Shown here piece by piece: positions 1 through 9,731 of a stretch of DNA of 64,000 nucleotides. The notes beneath the pieces were generated by a model. That model ran no database searches, was not told the DNA's origin, and worked only from the letters and a program-made list of their open reading frames with translations. Location of the stretch: the IMG/VR virus record IMGVR_UViG_3300025015_000024, positions 1-64,000 of that record. One strand, written 5' to 3'. This DNA is from an uncultured virus (IMG/VR IMGVR_UViG_3300025015_000024) (lineage: Duplodnaviria; Heunggongvirae; Uroviricota; Caudoviricetes). The position numbers were made by a program, and so were the translations under genes. Position 1 is the first letter of the stretch, and each line of letters begins with the position of its first letter.

Positions 1-212
1 CTATGGATTTTATTATATTCAGGGAATTCATCTTTAATGAGTGTCAGTTCATTTATCTGTTCATAACAAGAAACAGATTTTTGAGCAATACGATATGCTT
101 CTCTGCGATGCTCCAATGCTGTATTATAGAGTTTGAAGCAAGAAAACAAAGTATCTTGCAATACCTTTTCCTGTTCTTTTGTTGGATAAATTCTATACTT
201 ATATGCTCTCAT
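1..212 (-). mobile_element. tnpB: TnpB (IS200/IS605 OrfB) N-terminus, runs off the window edge
   Basis: Not in the ORF track. The minus strand from 212 reads MRAYKYRIYPTKEQEKVLQDTLFSCFKLYNTALEHRREAY..., the HTH_OrfB_IS605 start; it closely resembles the start of ORF 35293 (MLKAYKYRIYPTKEQ). Confidence 0.85.
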
Positions 213-390
213 TATTTTATAAATATGTTATCACTAAAAATTGTTTAGGAAAAAATTAATAATAATTGGAAAGAAAAATGAAGATTAGTAAATCGGGGTT
301 AGCGTTTGTAGCTCACATAACACAGGATGGAGATAGAGGAATAACGATTCATAAAACATTTAATCGCCCAGAGTGCGATGGAAAAAAATT

Positions 391-430
391 TAATTAACTA
401 AATTTATTAACTTAAAACTTAAATAAAATG
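391..430 (+). repeat. Intergenic leader repeat TAATTAACTAAATTTATTAACTTAAAACTTAAATAAAAT
   Basis: Identical copy at 911-949, variant at 1356-1400, and a reverse-strand variant near 47727-47763; each lies directly before an ATG. Confidence 0.85.
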
Positions 431-913
431 AGCAATTACACAGTTGAAAAAGAAATTGATGGAGAAACTTTTGATATTGACATAAACATTGAAGATGTTC
501 TTGGATTTATTGAAGATGGGGCAGATTATGCTGATAGGGAAGAAATAATGGAGCAATTTAAAGATGAAATGAGGGATGAGATAAGAGAAGAAATAAGAGA
601 AGAAATAAGAGAAGAAATTAAAAATGATTTAAGATGTGAAATTAAAGAAGAAATAAGAGAAGAAATTAAAAATGATTTAAGATGTGAAATTAAAGAAGAA
701 ATAAGAGAAGAAATTAAAAATGATTTAAGATGTGAAATTAAAGAAGAAAATATTACTGAATTAAAAAAACAATACAATATTGAAATTGAAACAGTAATTG
801 ATAAAATGAAAATGAAATTACTATCTCAAGCAATGAAAAACTATTCATTGGAAGAACTGGAAGAAAAGTTGGGAACAGAATTTGAACTTGGTACAGGAAT
901 AAAAAAGAAATAA
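428..913 (+). CDS. Hypothetical acidic coiled-coil protein with internal tandem repeats
   Basis: ORF with 12-bp (EEIR) and 48-bp (EEIKNDLRCEIKEEIR) tandem repeats at about 580-748. Confidence 0.75.
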   Translation: MSNYTVEKEIDGETFDIDINIEDVLGFIEDGADYADREEIMEQFKDEMRDEIREEIREEIREEIKNDLRCEIKEEIREEIKNDLRCEIKEEIREEIKNDLRCEIKEENITELKKQYNIEIETVIDKMKMKLLSQAMKNYSLEELEEKLGTEFELGTGIKKK

Positions 914-950
914 TTAACTAAATTTATTAACTTAAAACTTAAATAAAATA

Positions 951-1358
951 ATGAAAGAACAAATTAATATAAAAGATTTATCTCCAGAATTAAGAGAAAA
1001 AATTGAGGAGGAATTATTATCAAAAGATAATATAAAAAATGAAAAGACGGAATATCTAATGAATAAATATAATTTTGATGAAGATTATGCCGGTTCTTTT
1101 ATTAGTGAATTGGAGTTTCAAAATAATACAAATGAAGCCGATTTGAAATCAATTAAAAAAAATGTTATTTTTTATAAGACGGATGATTTTGAAACAAGTT
1201 TTAAAGAATTTAATTCTGTTGAGGAATTAAAAAACCATATGATAGGTGATTATGCAAATCCAAATAATAATAATTGGTATATTTATAAAGTTTTTATAGA
1301 TGATGAAGAAAAAAATTATAGTGTTATTGTGGATATAAAATTTTTTGATAGAAAATAA
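951..1358 (+). CDS. Hypothetical protein
   Basis: ORF preceded by the leader repeat. Confidence 0.7.
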   Translation: MKEQINIKDLSPELREKIEEELLSKDNIKNEKTEYLMNKYNFDEDYAGSFISELEFQNNTNEADLKSIKKNVIFYKTDDFETSFKEFNSVEELKNHMIGDYANPNNNNWYIYKVFIDDEEKNYSVIVDIKFFDRK

Positions 1359-1397
1359 TTAACTTAATTTATTAACCTCTATTAAAACTTAAATAAA

Positions 1398-1748
1398 ATG
1401 ACAACAACAGATTTATCAAAATTTGGTAACAGAGAATTAGAAATGTTAAGAGATATTCTTGATTCAATGATTAAAGATGGTCTACCAGAAGATTTTAATA
1501 ATGATGAAGTACAACCAATATTTAATCAAAATTCAGGATATGTGTTTTTAACTAATTCAGATAATCAAGTATCAATGATAAATAGTGATACTGGAAAATT
1601 GGAAAGTTGGTATTCTTCCCCTTATGAAGGAAAAGAAGGATTTTTTAATGAATTATTGGAACAATATGAAGGTATGTATTCAGATGACCAGGAATGGTTT
1701 AAAAATATTGCTGATAATTTAAAGATAGAATTGCCAGAACTTAAATAA
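1398..1748 (+). CDS. Hypothetical phage protein
   Basis: ORF preceded by the leader repeat; FNQNSGYVFLTN motif. Confidence 0.75.
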   Translation: MTTTDLSKFGNRELEMLRDILDSMIKDGLPEDFNNDEVQPIFNQNSGYVFLTNSDNQVSMINSDTGKLESWYSSPYEGKEGFFNELLEQYEGMYSDDQEWFKNIADNLKIELPELK

Positions 1749-1764
1749 TTAAAAATATTTCATA

Positions 1765-2145
1765 ATGCATGATTTTTATAATGTACCTAAAGAAAAAGAA
1801 TTGGAACTCTTATATGATTCAAAAGATAAATCATATAAAATTAATTTAGATGAACTTGGTTGTAATAAATCTTGGTCCAGAACAACAACTGAAAAAACAT
1901 TTGATGAAATAGTAGAAATATATAAAAATAGTAAATTTAAACATTTTGTTCTTATAAAAAGAAACATGAAAGAAATATTTCCAAATAGTAAAGAATTTGG
2001 TACTGATTACATTGAGGTTGGAATATGTTCTGGTGGTTCTGACGAGTGGTGTACTAATGGAAAAGATTATTTTATTTTTATTGATGTTGATTTAAAATAT
2101 TTGGATTATTTTATTAAAAAATATGATTTAACTAAATTAAAATAA
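1765..2145 (+). CDS. Hypothetical protein
   Basis: ORF in a tightly packed + strand array. Confidence 0.65.
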   Translation: MHDFYNVPKEKELELLYDSKDKSYKINLDELGCNKSWSRTTTEKTFDEIVEIYKNSKFKHFVLIKRNMKEIFPNSKEFGTDYIEVGICSGGSDEWCTNGKDYFIFIDVDLKYLDYFIKKYDLTKLK

Positions 2146-2249
2146 GTAATATGAAAAAAATATATGATAAAATAAAAAAAAGAGTTGTCTTACCATATTT
2201 ATTGATAATCTGGATTATTGGTATTATTTTTATTATATAGATTAACTAT

Positions 2250-3026
2250 ATGGATAAAAAAATAATCATAAAATCAAATGAAGAAATTGAATTATTAAGA
2301 CAGAGCAATATTCTTGTTGGAAAAACATTGGGTTTAATATCAAAAGAAATAAGACCAGGAATTAAAACAATTGAACTTGATAAAATAGCAGAAGAATTTA
2401 TAAGAGATAATAAGGCAATCCCAGGATTTAAGGGGTATAATAAATTCCCAAATACATTATGTATTTCAATAAATGATGAAATTGTACATGGAATACCAAG
2501 TAACAGAGAATTAAAAGAAGGAGATATTATTTCAATTGATTGTGGAGTTTTAATGAATGAATTTTATGGTGATTCCGCTTATACGTTTTATATTGAACCT
2601 GTTAAACCAGAAGTTAAACAATTATTAAAAATAACAAAGGAAGCATTATACAAAGGAATTGAACAGGCAAAAATAAATAAAAGAATTGGAGATATTTCAT
2701 GGACAATACAAAATTATGTTCAAGAGTATGGATATTCAGTTCCAAGAACAATTTGTGGTCATGGGGTTGGTAAGGATCTCCATGAAGAACCTAAAATAGA
2801 TAATTATGGGAAAAGAGGACAAGGAAAAAAATTAATGGAAGGAATGACAATTGCCATTGAACCAATGGTTATAATGGGTTTAAATTATAAAACAATTCAA
2901 GATGAAAATAAACATACAATAAAATCAAAAATGGGGTTTTTGTCTGTACATTATGAACATTCAATCGCTATAACTGATAAGGGTCCAGATATTTTATCAA
3001 CATTTGAATATATTGAAAATACTTGA
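2250..3026 (+). CDS. map: Methionine aminopeptidase type I
   Basis: CISINDEIVHGIP, SIDCG, GDSAYT, GHGVGKDLHEEP, AIEPM and HYEHS metal-binding motifs. Confidence 0.95.
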   Translation: MDKKIIIKSNEEIELLRQSNILVGKTLGLISKEIRPGIKTIELDKIAEEFIRDNKAIPGFKGYNKFPNTLCISINDEIVHGIPSNRELKEGDIISIDCGVLMNEFYGDSAYTFYIEPVKPEVKQLLKITKEALYKGIEQAKINKRIGDISWTIQNYVQEYGYSVPRTICGHGVGKDLHEEPKIDNYGKRGQGKKLMEGMTIAIEPMVIMGLNYKTIQDENKHTIKSKMGFLSVHYEHSIAITDKGPDILSTFEYIENT

Positions 3027-3030
3027 TTTA

Positions 3031-3062
3031 TTTGGAAATGTCAATTATTTTACTTATATTTG
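3031..3062 (+). promoter_or_regulatory. Bacteroidota-type housekeeping promoter (TTTG ... TTTTACTTAnnTTTG)
   Basis: TTTGGAAATGTCAATTATTTTACTTATATTTG; similar copies near 9371-9401, 13740-13770, 21252-21283, 23179-23209, 23477, 23935-23966, 24896, 55275 and 57926, with reverse copies near 33511, 35179, 47471 and 47769. The -7 TAnnTTTG consensus is established for Bacteroidota. Confidence 0.8.
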
Positions 3063-3123
3063 AAAGAATGGTTAAAATACTGGATATCATTTATATTTAA
3101 ACTCGTTTTTAAATTTATTTATA

Positions 3124-4230
3124 GTGACTGAATATACAATTGATTATATTAAAAAAAATAATCTTATATTACTTGAAGTAATATCTGGTTCTCATGCTTA
3201 TGGTTTAAATACTGAAGATAGTGATATTGATAAAAGAGGAATTTTTGTACAAAAACCAGATGATTATCTTGGTCTTAAAAATATTGAACAAATAAGTGAT
3301 GAAAAAAATGATATTGTTTATTATGAAATAAAAAGATTTTTACAATTAGCATTACAAGGAAATCCAAATATTTTAGAATTAATAGTACCAAGCGAAGAAC
3401 ATATTTTATATAAACATCCATTATTTGATTTATTAAAACCAGAATATTTTTTATCCAAACAATGTAGAAATACATTTGGTGGTTATGCAATTGCTCAAAT
3501 TAAAAAGGCAAGGGGATTAAATAAAAAAATTGTTAATCCTGTTGAAAAAGAAAGAAAAACTCCTTTGGATTTTTGTTATGCAATCGATAAGAGTGGTTAT
3601 AAAACAATACCATTAATAAAATATTTAAATATAAATAAATTAAAACAAGAATGTTGTGGTCTTGTTAATGTTCCTCATATGAAAGATGTTTATGCATTAT
3701 TTTATGATTATAAACAACATTATGTAGAAAGTGGAAGTCATAATGAAGAAGAAAAAGGATTTAAGGGTATTATTCAATCAGAAAAATCAAATGATATTAG
3801 TTTAAGTTCTGTTCCAGAGAATATAACTCCAGAATGTATTATATCTTATAATAAAGACGGATATTCATCTTATTGTAAGGACTATAAAGAATATTGGGAC
3901 TGGGTTGAAAAAAGAAATCCTCACAGATATAAACAAAATATTTCTCATAATCAAAATTGTGATTTTAAAAATTTAATGCACTGTTTTAGATTACTTCAAA
4001 TGGCAAAAGAAATTGCCAAAGGAGAAGGAATAATTGTTAAAAGACCAAACAGAGATTTCTTGCTTGAAATAAGAAATGGTGAATTAAAATATGATGATTT
4101 GGTTAATAATGCAGAAAAAAGAATTGAGGAATTGGATGAGTTATTTAAAAAATCTGATTTACCAAAAAAACCAAAAGTAAATAAAGTAAATGAATTATTA
4201 ATTAAAATTAGAAAAGAATTTAATAATTAA
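3124..4230 (+). CDS. Pol-beta superfamily nucleotidyltransferase (YcgL/RlaP-like)
   Basis: SGSHAYGLNTEDSDIDKRG, GNPNILE and KNLMHCFRLL motifs. Confidence 0.85.
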   Translation: MTEYTIDYIKKNNLILLEVISGSHAYGLNTEDSDIDKRGIFVQKPDDYLGLKNIEQISDEKNDIVYYEIKRFLQLALQGNPNILELIVPSEEHILYKHPLFDLLKPEYFLSKQCRNTFGGYAIAQIKKARGLNKKIVNPVEKERKTPLDFCYAIDKSGYKTIPLIKYLNINKLKQECCGLVNVPHMKDVYALFYDYKQHYVESGSHNEEEKGFKGIIQSEKSNDISLSSVPENITPECIISYNKDGYSSYCKDYKEYWDWVEKRNPHRYKQNISHNQNCDFKNLMHCFRLLQMAKEIAKGEGIIVKRPNRDFLLEIRNGELKYDDLVNNAEKRIEELDELFKKSDLPKKPKVNKVNELLIKIRKEFNN

Positions 4231-4698
4231 AATTTAAAAAATTATGAACTTAGAAGAGACAATAAAACAGCAAACTAAAATAGAAAACCAAAGCAAAAAA
4301 ATTATTGAAAGATTAAAAAAACTTTCTAATAGGATTGATAAATTAATAGATGAATGTAAAAACATAACAATTAAAAATAAATCAAAATAAAAACAGGAAC
4401 AATAGTTAAACTTAAACTTGAATGTCTGGGAAATAATATTGGAACAACGGGTGTTATTTTTGAAGAATATAACATGGGAGAACCTGGTGGTTCACAAGTT
4501 ATGTTTGAAAACGGTGATTATTGTGGTTTTTCACCAGATGAACAAAAAGATTTTTTTGAAATAGTTGGATTTGATGAAAATATATCAACTTATAAATTTA
4601 CAAATGTAATTCAGTTATCAAGAGATTTTGAAAGTGGAAGGTTTAATTTAGTTTTTAAATAATAATATTGTTTTAGTCAAAAACATATAATAAATTAT

Positions 4699-5538
4699 AT
4701 GATTCATATTATATATCCTATAGATTTAGATTGTGAATTAACAGATAAAGTTGAATTTAAAAAATTCACTATTCCAAATACTCCAAATAATTTACCTTGT
4801 AAATTAGATATAAAGGTATATAAATTTGGAATTGGTATTGTTGATTTTATATTTGATAAATTAGATATAAACGATCCATACACTGTTAAATTATCTAAAA
4901 GATTAACTCTTAGTAAATACAGTAAAACAATAGAAAAACATATTTTTAAAGATATTGAGCAATTCAAATTAAAAACATACGGACAAAGATATGAGGGTGA
5001 ATTTTTTTATCCCATAACAATAGATAGAGAAAAAATATCTGTTCTTAAAGACAAGGCACAAATTCCAGAAGAAAAACTTAATGTATTAAAATTATTGTTG
5101 GCACAATATTGGAATTTAATATCTTATGATGCTTTTTTAAATAAAGAAGTGGATTCCAGTATAAATATGTTATATAAAATTAAAATAAGTTTTAATTTTA
5201 TTAAACTTATTAAAAATTATTTTATGTTATTTAACGAAGGAAAGAAATTTCATAGGGATAGATTAAACATAGTAAATTCCTTATACAGAACAATGGAAAA
5301 CAGTTTTTATGATAATGACCCAGAATATATGGATTTTTATAAAAAATGTAAAGATGTCATGGTGTTGGGTGAGTTGGAAAAAAGTGTTATAAATAAAATT
5401 GATAAGATTTCAGAAACATATTCATTTTTAGGAAATAATATATCAACTTTGTTTTTTATATTTTTTAATATTGTATTTATGTTGTGGGCATTCTGGGGGA
5501 TAGTGGATACATTTCTTTTATGGAAATTGGGAAAATAA
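4699..5538 (+). CDS. Hypothetical protein with C-terminal transmembrane helix
   Basis: 279-aa ORF with a hydrophobic C-terminus. Confidence 0.65.
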   Translation: MIHIIYPIDLDCELTDKVEFKKFTIPNTPNNLPCKLDIKVYKFGIGIVDFIFDKLDINDPYTVKLSKRLTLSKYSKTIEKHIFKDIEQFKLKTYGQRYEGEFFYPITIDREKISVLKDKAQIPEEKLNVLKLLLAQYWNLISYDAFLNKEVDSSINMLYKIKISFNFIKLIKNYFMLFNEGKKFHRDRLNIVNSLYRTMENSFYDNDPEYMDFYKKCKDVMVLGELEKSVINKIDKISETYSFLGNNISTLFFIFFNIVFMLWAFWGIVDTFLLWKLGK

Positions 5539-5760
5539 CTAAAAATTAAAAATATACCGCCAATTATATTTAAACCAGTTGAACTTACTTATAAACAACT
5601 TATGGATAAATTTTCAAAAAGAGAAAATTGGGAAAAAGAACATAAGTATATTGCCATTACCAGATTAATTATTGGATTTATTCTGGGATTAATAGGTGGT
5701 GTTAGTATTTATTATTTAATTGATAAGTGGTTCATATAAAAATAATTAATAATAAAAATT

Positions 5761-6330
5761 ATGACAAATATTAAAAAAGATTTAAAATATTCATTAAGAA
5801 AAGAATTATTGGAAGTATATGAAAAATCACAACAGACAAAATATATACCCATTAAATCTTCTGGTGAATATGTTCCAGAAAAACAAGATACAAAATATAA
5901 ATTTACATCAAATTCTGGAAATAATTATGAAGTAGATTTTTTTGTATTAAAAGAACCAAAAACTATTTTAATTGATAATAAAAGTATTATTGATATAAGT
6001 TCTTCTATTTCTGATGATAAAAAATATGCATATTTAATAGGTATTAGTTTTACCATAGAAGGCAGAGATTATAGTACTTCTGATGATGTTACAAATAAAA
6101 ATGAACAATATGAAGTCATAAACAAAGTATCTTATCTATTTGAAGAATTTTTAAAGGATAGTCCAGAATACAATATATTTTTTATTGGTACAGAAACACA
6201 CAGGAAAAAACTGGATATATATAATTATATTTTTAATAAACAATTTAAAGATAAATTTTATTATATTAAAGGACAATCAAGATATTCCAAAGATAATAGT
6301 GGTTATGGTCATTATTTTATAAAAAAATGA
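5761..6330 (+). CDS. Hypothetical protein, possibly head-packaged
   Basis: N-terminal LRKELLEVYE helix resembles the LKKELxxxL motif of ORFs 61311 and 27137. Confidence 0.65.
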   Translation: MTNIKKDLKYSLRKELLEVYEKSQQTKYIPIKSSGEYVPEKQDTKYKFTSNSGNNYEVDFFVLKEPKTILIDNKSIIDISSSISDDKKYAYLIGISFTIEGRDYSTSDDVTNKNEQYEVINKVSYLFEEFLKDSPEYNIFFIGTETHRKKLDIYNYIFNKQFKDKFYYIKGQSRYSKDNSGYGHYFIKK

Positions 6331-6725
6331 ATAATATAATAGAAAATAACAAATTAATAGCAGAATTTATGGGATATAAATATTTCCCTTTTAATTCAAA
6401 ATTAAAGAAAAAAAGATTTAAATGGTTGGGGTGGAGAAAAGATAAATTATCTTTACCAAAAGGTTGCACAATAGGTAAAATAGGAGAAAGATATTATCTT
6501 GACCGGCGACATAAAGATTTAAAATTCCATGAAAATTGGGATTGGTTAATGCCAGTTGTTGAAAAAATAAATAAATTGGTGGATGATGTGGAGAAAATTA
6601 GTATTTCGCCTTATTGGGGTGGGACGGGGCTAGGAGATGAAAGTTTTGATAATAAAGATGATATAGCAATTATACAAACATATAAAGCAGTAATAAAATT
6701 TATAAAAAATTATAAAAATAAATAA
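6327..6725 (+). CDS. Hypothetical phage protein
   Basis: ENNKLIAEFMG ... FHENWDWLMPVVEKI ... YKAVIKFIK motif pattern. Confidence 0.75.
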   Translation: MNNIIENNKLIAEFMGYKYFPFNSKLKKKRFKWLGWRKDKLSLPKGCTIGKIGERYYLDRRHKDLKFHENWDWLMPVVEKINKLVDDVEKISISPYWGGTGLGDESFDNKDDIAIIQTYKAVIKFIKNYKNK

Positions 6726-6728
6726 GTC

Positions 6729-7409
6729 ATGGAAATTAAAAAAAATTTAAGTTCATTATTTACAGGATTAATGTTATCTCTCTCAAAAGGCGATAAGGAA
6801 ATATTAAAATCAATGTTGGAAAAAGATTCTGAAGCACCAACAGCAACACACCAAACGCAATATGCCCCAAGTAAATTTCTTCAAGGAATGTTAAAAGGTG
6901 AGATTAATGAGGAGTACAGAATCTGGTTCTATCGTGTTTTGGCCCGCGCAGATGAAATTACAATGGATACAATTGATGGGGCAACAGGGAAATCTCAAAA
7001 ACAATTACTACAAGAACAAATGGAAATTAGGGGTGGTAAAGGAATTGAAAATATTATTCCATGTAAACCAATAGTATGTGAAGATGGAAATTATTATCCT
7101 GTAAGAACCAATGGTGATATTGAAAATATCTCTGAACAATTATATGTTAAAACATCAAATAATAAACAAAAATCTTTTGAATTTCATATTAATATTTATA
7201 ATAATAAACATATTTATGAAAATCTTAAATCAAGAGGGCCATATTTAGGTAAATTACATGAAATAAATCAAATAGAATATGATATTGTAAAATTTGATGA
7301 GGAATTATCAACATATATTGATGTTCCTAATAATTATCTTGTAAAATATATAGATTTTTATAAATCAGAAAATCCTGGATTTTTTATAATAAAATTTATA
7401 TCAACTTAA
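6729..7409 (+). CDS. Hypothetical protein
   Basis: 226-aa ORF in the operon. Confidence 0.65.
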   Translation: MEIKKNLSSLFTGLMLSLSKGDKEILKSMLEKDSEAPTATHQTQYAPSKFLQGMLKGEINEEYRIWFYRVLARADEITMDTIDGATGKSQKQLLQEQMEIRGGKGIENIIPCKPIVCEDGNYYPVRTNGDIENISEQLYVKTSNNKQKSFEFHINIYNNKHIYENLKSRGPYLGKLHEINQIEYDIVKFDEELSTYIDVPNNYLVKYIDFYKSENPGFFIIKFIST

Positions 7410-7417
7410 AATAATAA

Positions 7418-9094
7418 ATGGTAATAGAACAATTTAAAACAGAATATGATGAGATGAATAGAATGAGGAAACTCTCTGGGTTATCTCTTATTATCGAAGA
7501 ATATTATTATAATAATGTTTTAACTGAAGATAAAAGATATGATTGGTTGTATGATAATTATAAAAATAAATTTTTTAACAAATATAAATCTAAATGGGAA
7601 GTTGAGAAAGATGACAATGAAATAATTAAAACGATTAAGCTAAATTTAAATGAATTAATTAAAAAAGACCCCACATCTAAAATTGAAAATAACCAAGTTA
7701 TAAAAACTGGTAAATATTCTCAATGGATTGTAAAACAATATCTTGAAGATAAAACAAACAGATTTTTTGAAGATTTATATAAAATAACAAACGATTTAAA
7801 AATATTTGATAAAATAAAACATAAACTTCCAGAAGATAAAAGAGATATTAATTTAATAAAAACTCCTTTTGAATTATATGAATTAATTAAACCATATAGA
7901 GAACTGGATATAAGAACAAAATCAGAAAAAAAAGGTGATATTGAAACATTATATAATGATAATAATTATCATATTTTAATTCCAAAAACAAAAGAAGCTG
8001 CTTGTACATATGGGGAAGGGACAAGATGGTGTACTGCAAGTCCTGGATTAACCTATTTTGAAAGTTATACTTCACGAGGTCCATTATATATTATAATTCA
8101 TAAAAAAGAAGAAAATGAAAAATATCAATTTCATTTTGAAGATAATCAATTTATGGATATTAATGATAGTTCTATAGATTTAAAAAAATATTTAGAAGAT
8201 AATCCAATAGTTAAAGAAGTTTTTAAAAATAAATTTATTAAAGAAAAAAATGTTAAGAATTTGATTGATATTGATGAGGTTAGATTGGCATTTAAAATAT
8301 CAAAAGGGGTTTTATCAAAATTTGATGCTACCGCAACCCTTAAATTATATAAAGAAAAATTAGTTAGCGATGAAAGTATGAATAAGAAATGGAAAAATAG
8401 TAAAACTGAAATATTTAAAAATGGAAATTTATATTATGTAACAGATGATTGGTGTGATGAAAGTTTGAGTGAATTGTTTCATAGTGATTATCAAGATTTT
8501 GCTAAAAAATTATTATGTGGAGATGCTTATGATACTTTTCAATATTATGATTACACTCCAGAATTAAATAATTATTGGAATGATATAAATAAAGAAAATT
8601 TAAAGGAAATACAAAAATTATCAATTGGATTAACAACCAATGGGGGAATTAAAATAACAAATAGGAATATTAAAAAATATTCTACCAACATAAAACAAGA
8701 TAATGGTCTTTATGAATTAGTAGATAATAATGAAGATTGGTCTGATATAAAACGAGAAATTGAAAATGCTATAACGCAAGAGCAGGGAAGTTTAGATGAG
8801 GGTGTCTATTGGAATGCATATACTAAATTAATAACAGATAAAATTGGTTCTTCTGTATATAATAAAAAAAATAATAAATTATATTTTAAAATCGATGGAT
8901 ATGAAGATTGGGCTAAATCATTTCAAGAAACACATCCCGATGAAGATATATATTCCTGGGGCATACTGAACATAATTAGAGAAGTATTAAATGATATGGG
9001 TGAGTTAATAAGACCAAGAAACGAGTATTATGGTAGTTGGGATGATAAATATTTTAATGAAATATTATCAGATAAATTATCTGAATTAAAATAA
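7418..9094 (+). CDS. Putative head-packaged protein; N-terminal domain paralogous to ORF 62418
   Basis: N-terminal EMNRMRKLSGL...LTE; shared DPT / EDLxKI / PKT-x-ASC-G-WCT blocks. Confidence 0.75.
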   Translation: MVIEQFKTEYDEMNRMRKLSGLSLIIEEYYYNNVLTEDKRYDWLYDNYKNKFFNKYKSKWEVEKDDNEIIKTIKLNLNELIKKDPTSKIENNQVIKTGKYSQWIVKQYLEDKTNRFFEDLYKITNDLKIFDKIKHKLPEDKRDINLIKTPFELYELIKPYRELDIRTKSEKKGDIETLYNDNNYHILIPKTKEAACTYGEGTRWCTASPGLTYFESYTSRGPLYIIIHKKEENEKYQFHFEDNQFMDINDSSIDLKKYLEDNPIVKEVFKNKFIKEKNVKNLIDIDEVRLAFKISKGVLSKFDATATLKLYKEKLVSDESMNKKWKNSKTEIFKNGNLYYVTDDWCDESLSELFHSDYQDFAKKLLCGDAYDTFQYYDYTPELNNYWNDINKENLKEIQKLSIGLTTNGGIKITNRNIKKYSTNIKQDNGLYELVDNNEDWSDIKREIENAITQEQGSLDEGVYWNAYTKLITDKIGSSVYNKKNNKLYFKIDGYEDWAKSFQETHPDEDIYSWGILNIIREVLNDMGELIRPRNEYYGSWDDKYFNEILSDKLSELK

Positions 9095-9116
9095 ATGTTT
9101 AGATATTTATAAAATT

Positions 9117-9347
9117 ATGAGTTTGAAAAAATTATTCAAAAGTAAAAGATTAAATTCTGTATCACTTGTATTAGTATGTAATTTTCTTATATTTTTATAT
9201 GGAGTATATAAAGGAATAGACCTACAATCATTAGGAAGTGGTCTGGCAATGTTAAATGCTCCTCTTTATGTTTATTTGGGTTCAGAGACGTATCGTCCTT
9301 CAGGAACACTAAAAAAAGAAGACGAAAAACAAATTTTAATAGATTAA
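9117..9347 (+). CDS. Small two-TM membrane protein (holin-like candidate)
   Basis: Two hydrophobic segments, charged C-terminal tail, preceded by TATTTATA (9104). Confidence 0.5.
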   Translation: MSLKKLFKSKRLNSVSLVLVCNFLIFLYGVYKGIDLQSLGSGLAMLNAPLYVYLGSETYRPSGTLKKEDEKQILID

Positions 9348-9493
9348 AATATAAAAAATAATTTTTGCTATTGATTTTTTGAAATAAAATACTTATCTTT
9401 GTTTTTAATTATAGTTTTTTAACTTTAATAATAAAAAAAATTAAAACATTAAAAATAATTCTGGCTTGGCCCGATATTAAAAAATAATAAAAA

Positions 9494-9706
9494 ATGTTAA
9501 TAATAAAACCACATAAACAAGATAGCCCAAAAGATACACATTATATTGATAGATTATTGAAAAAATTCAAGTATAAAATAAAACAGACCAAGGTAATTGA
9601 AAATCTTTGGGAGAATAAATACTATGTTAAACCATCAACAACTAAACGACATAAAAGAATTAAAGCAATAAAGACCAGAATATATAAAGATAACTTAGAA
9701 AATTAA
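9494..9706 (+). CDS. rpsU: Ribosomal protein bS21
   Basis: MLII...IDRLLKKFKYK...YYVKPSTTKR, the bS21 signature in a Bacteroidota-like form. Confidence 0.85.
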   Translation: MLIIKPHKQDSPKDTHYIDRLLKKFKYKIKQTKVIENLWENKYYVKPSTTKRHKRIKAIKTRIYKDNLEN

Positions 9707-9731
9707 TAATTAATTTTTTTACAAAAAATAA

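Noticed and set aside
3..248. + strand 81-aa ORF
   Set aside because: Antisense shadow of the minus-strand TnpB N-terminus.
526..777. Minus-strand Ser/Leu/Ile-rich ORF and similar antisense ORFs inside long genes (e.g. 20015, 29417, 32409, 52369)
   Set aside because: Shadows of the codon bias and repeats of + strand genes.
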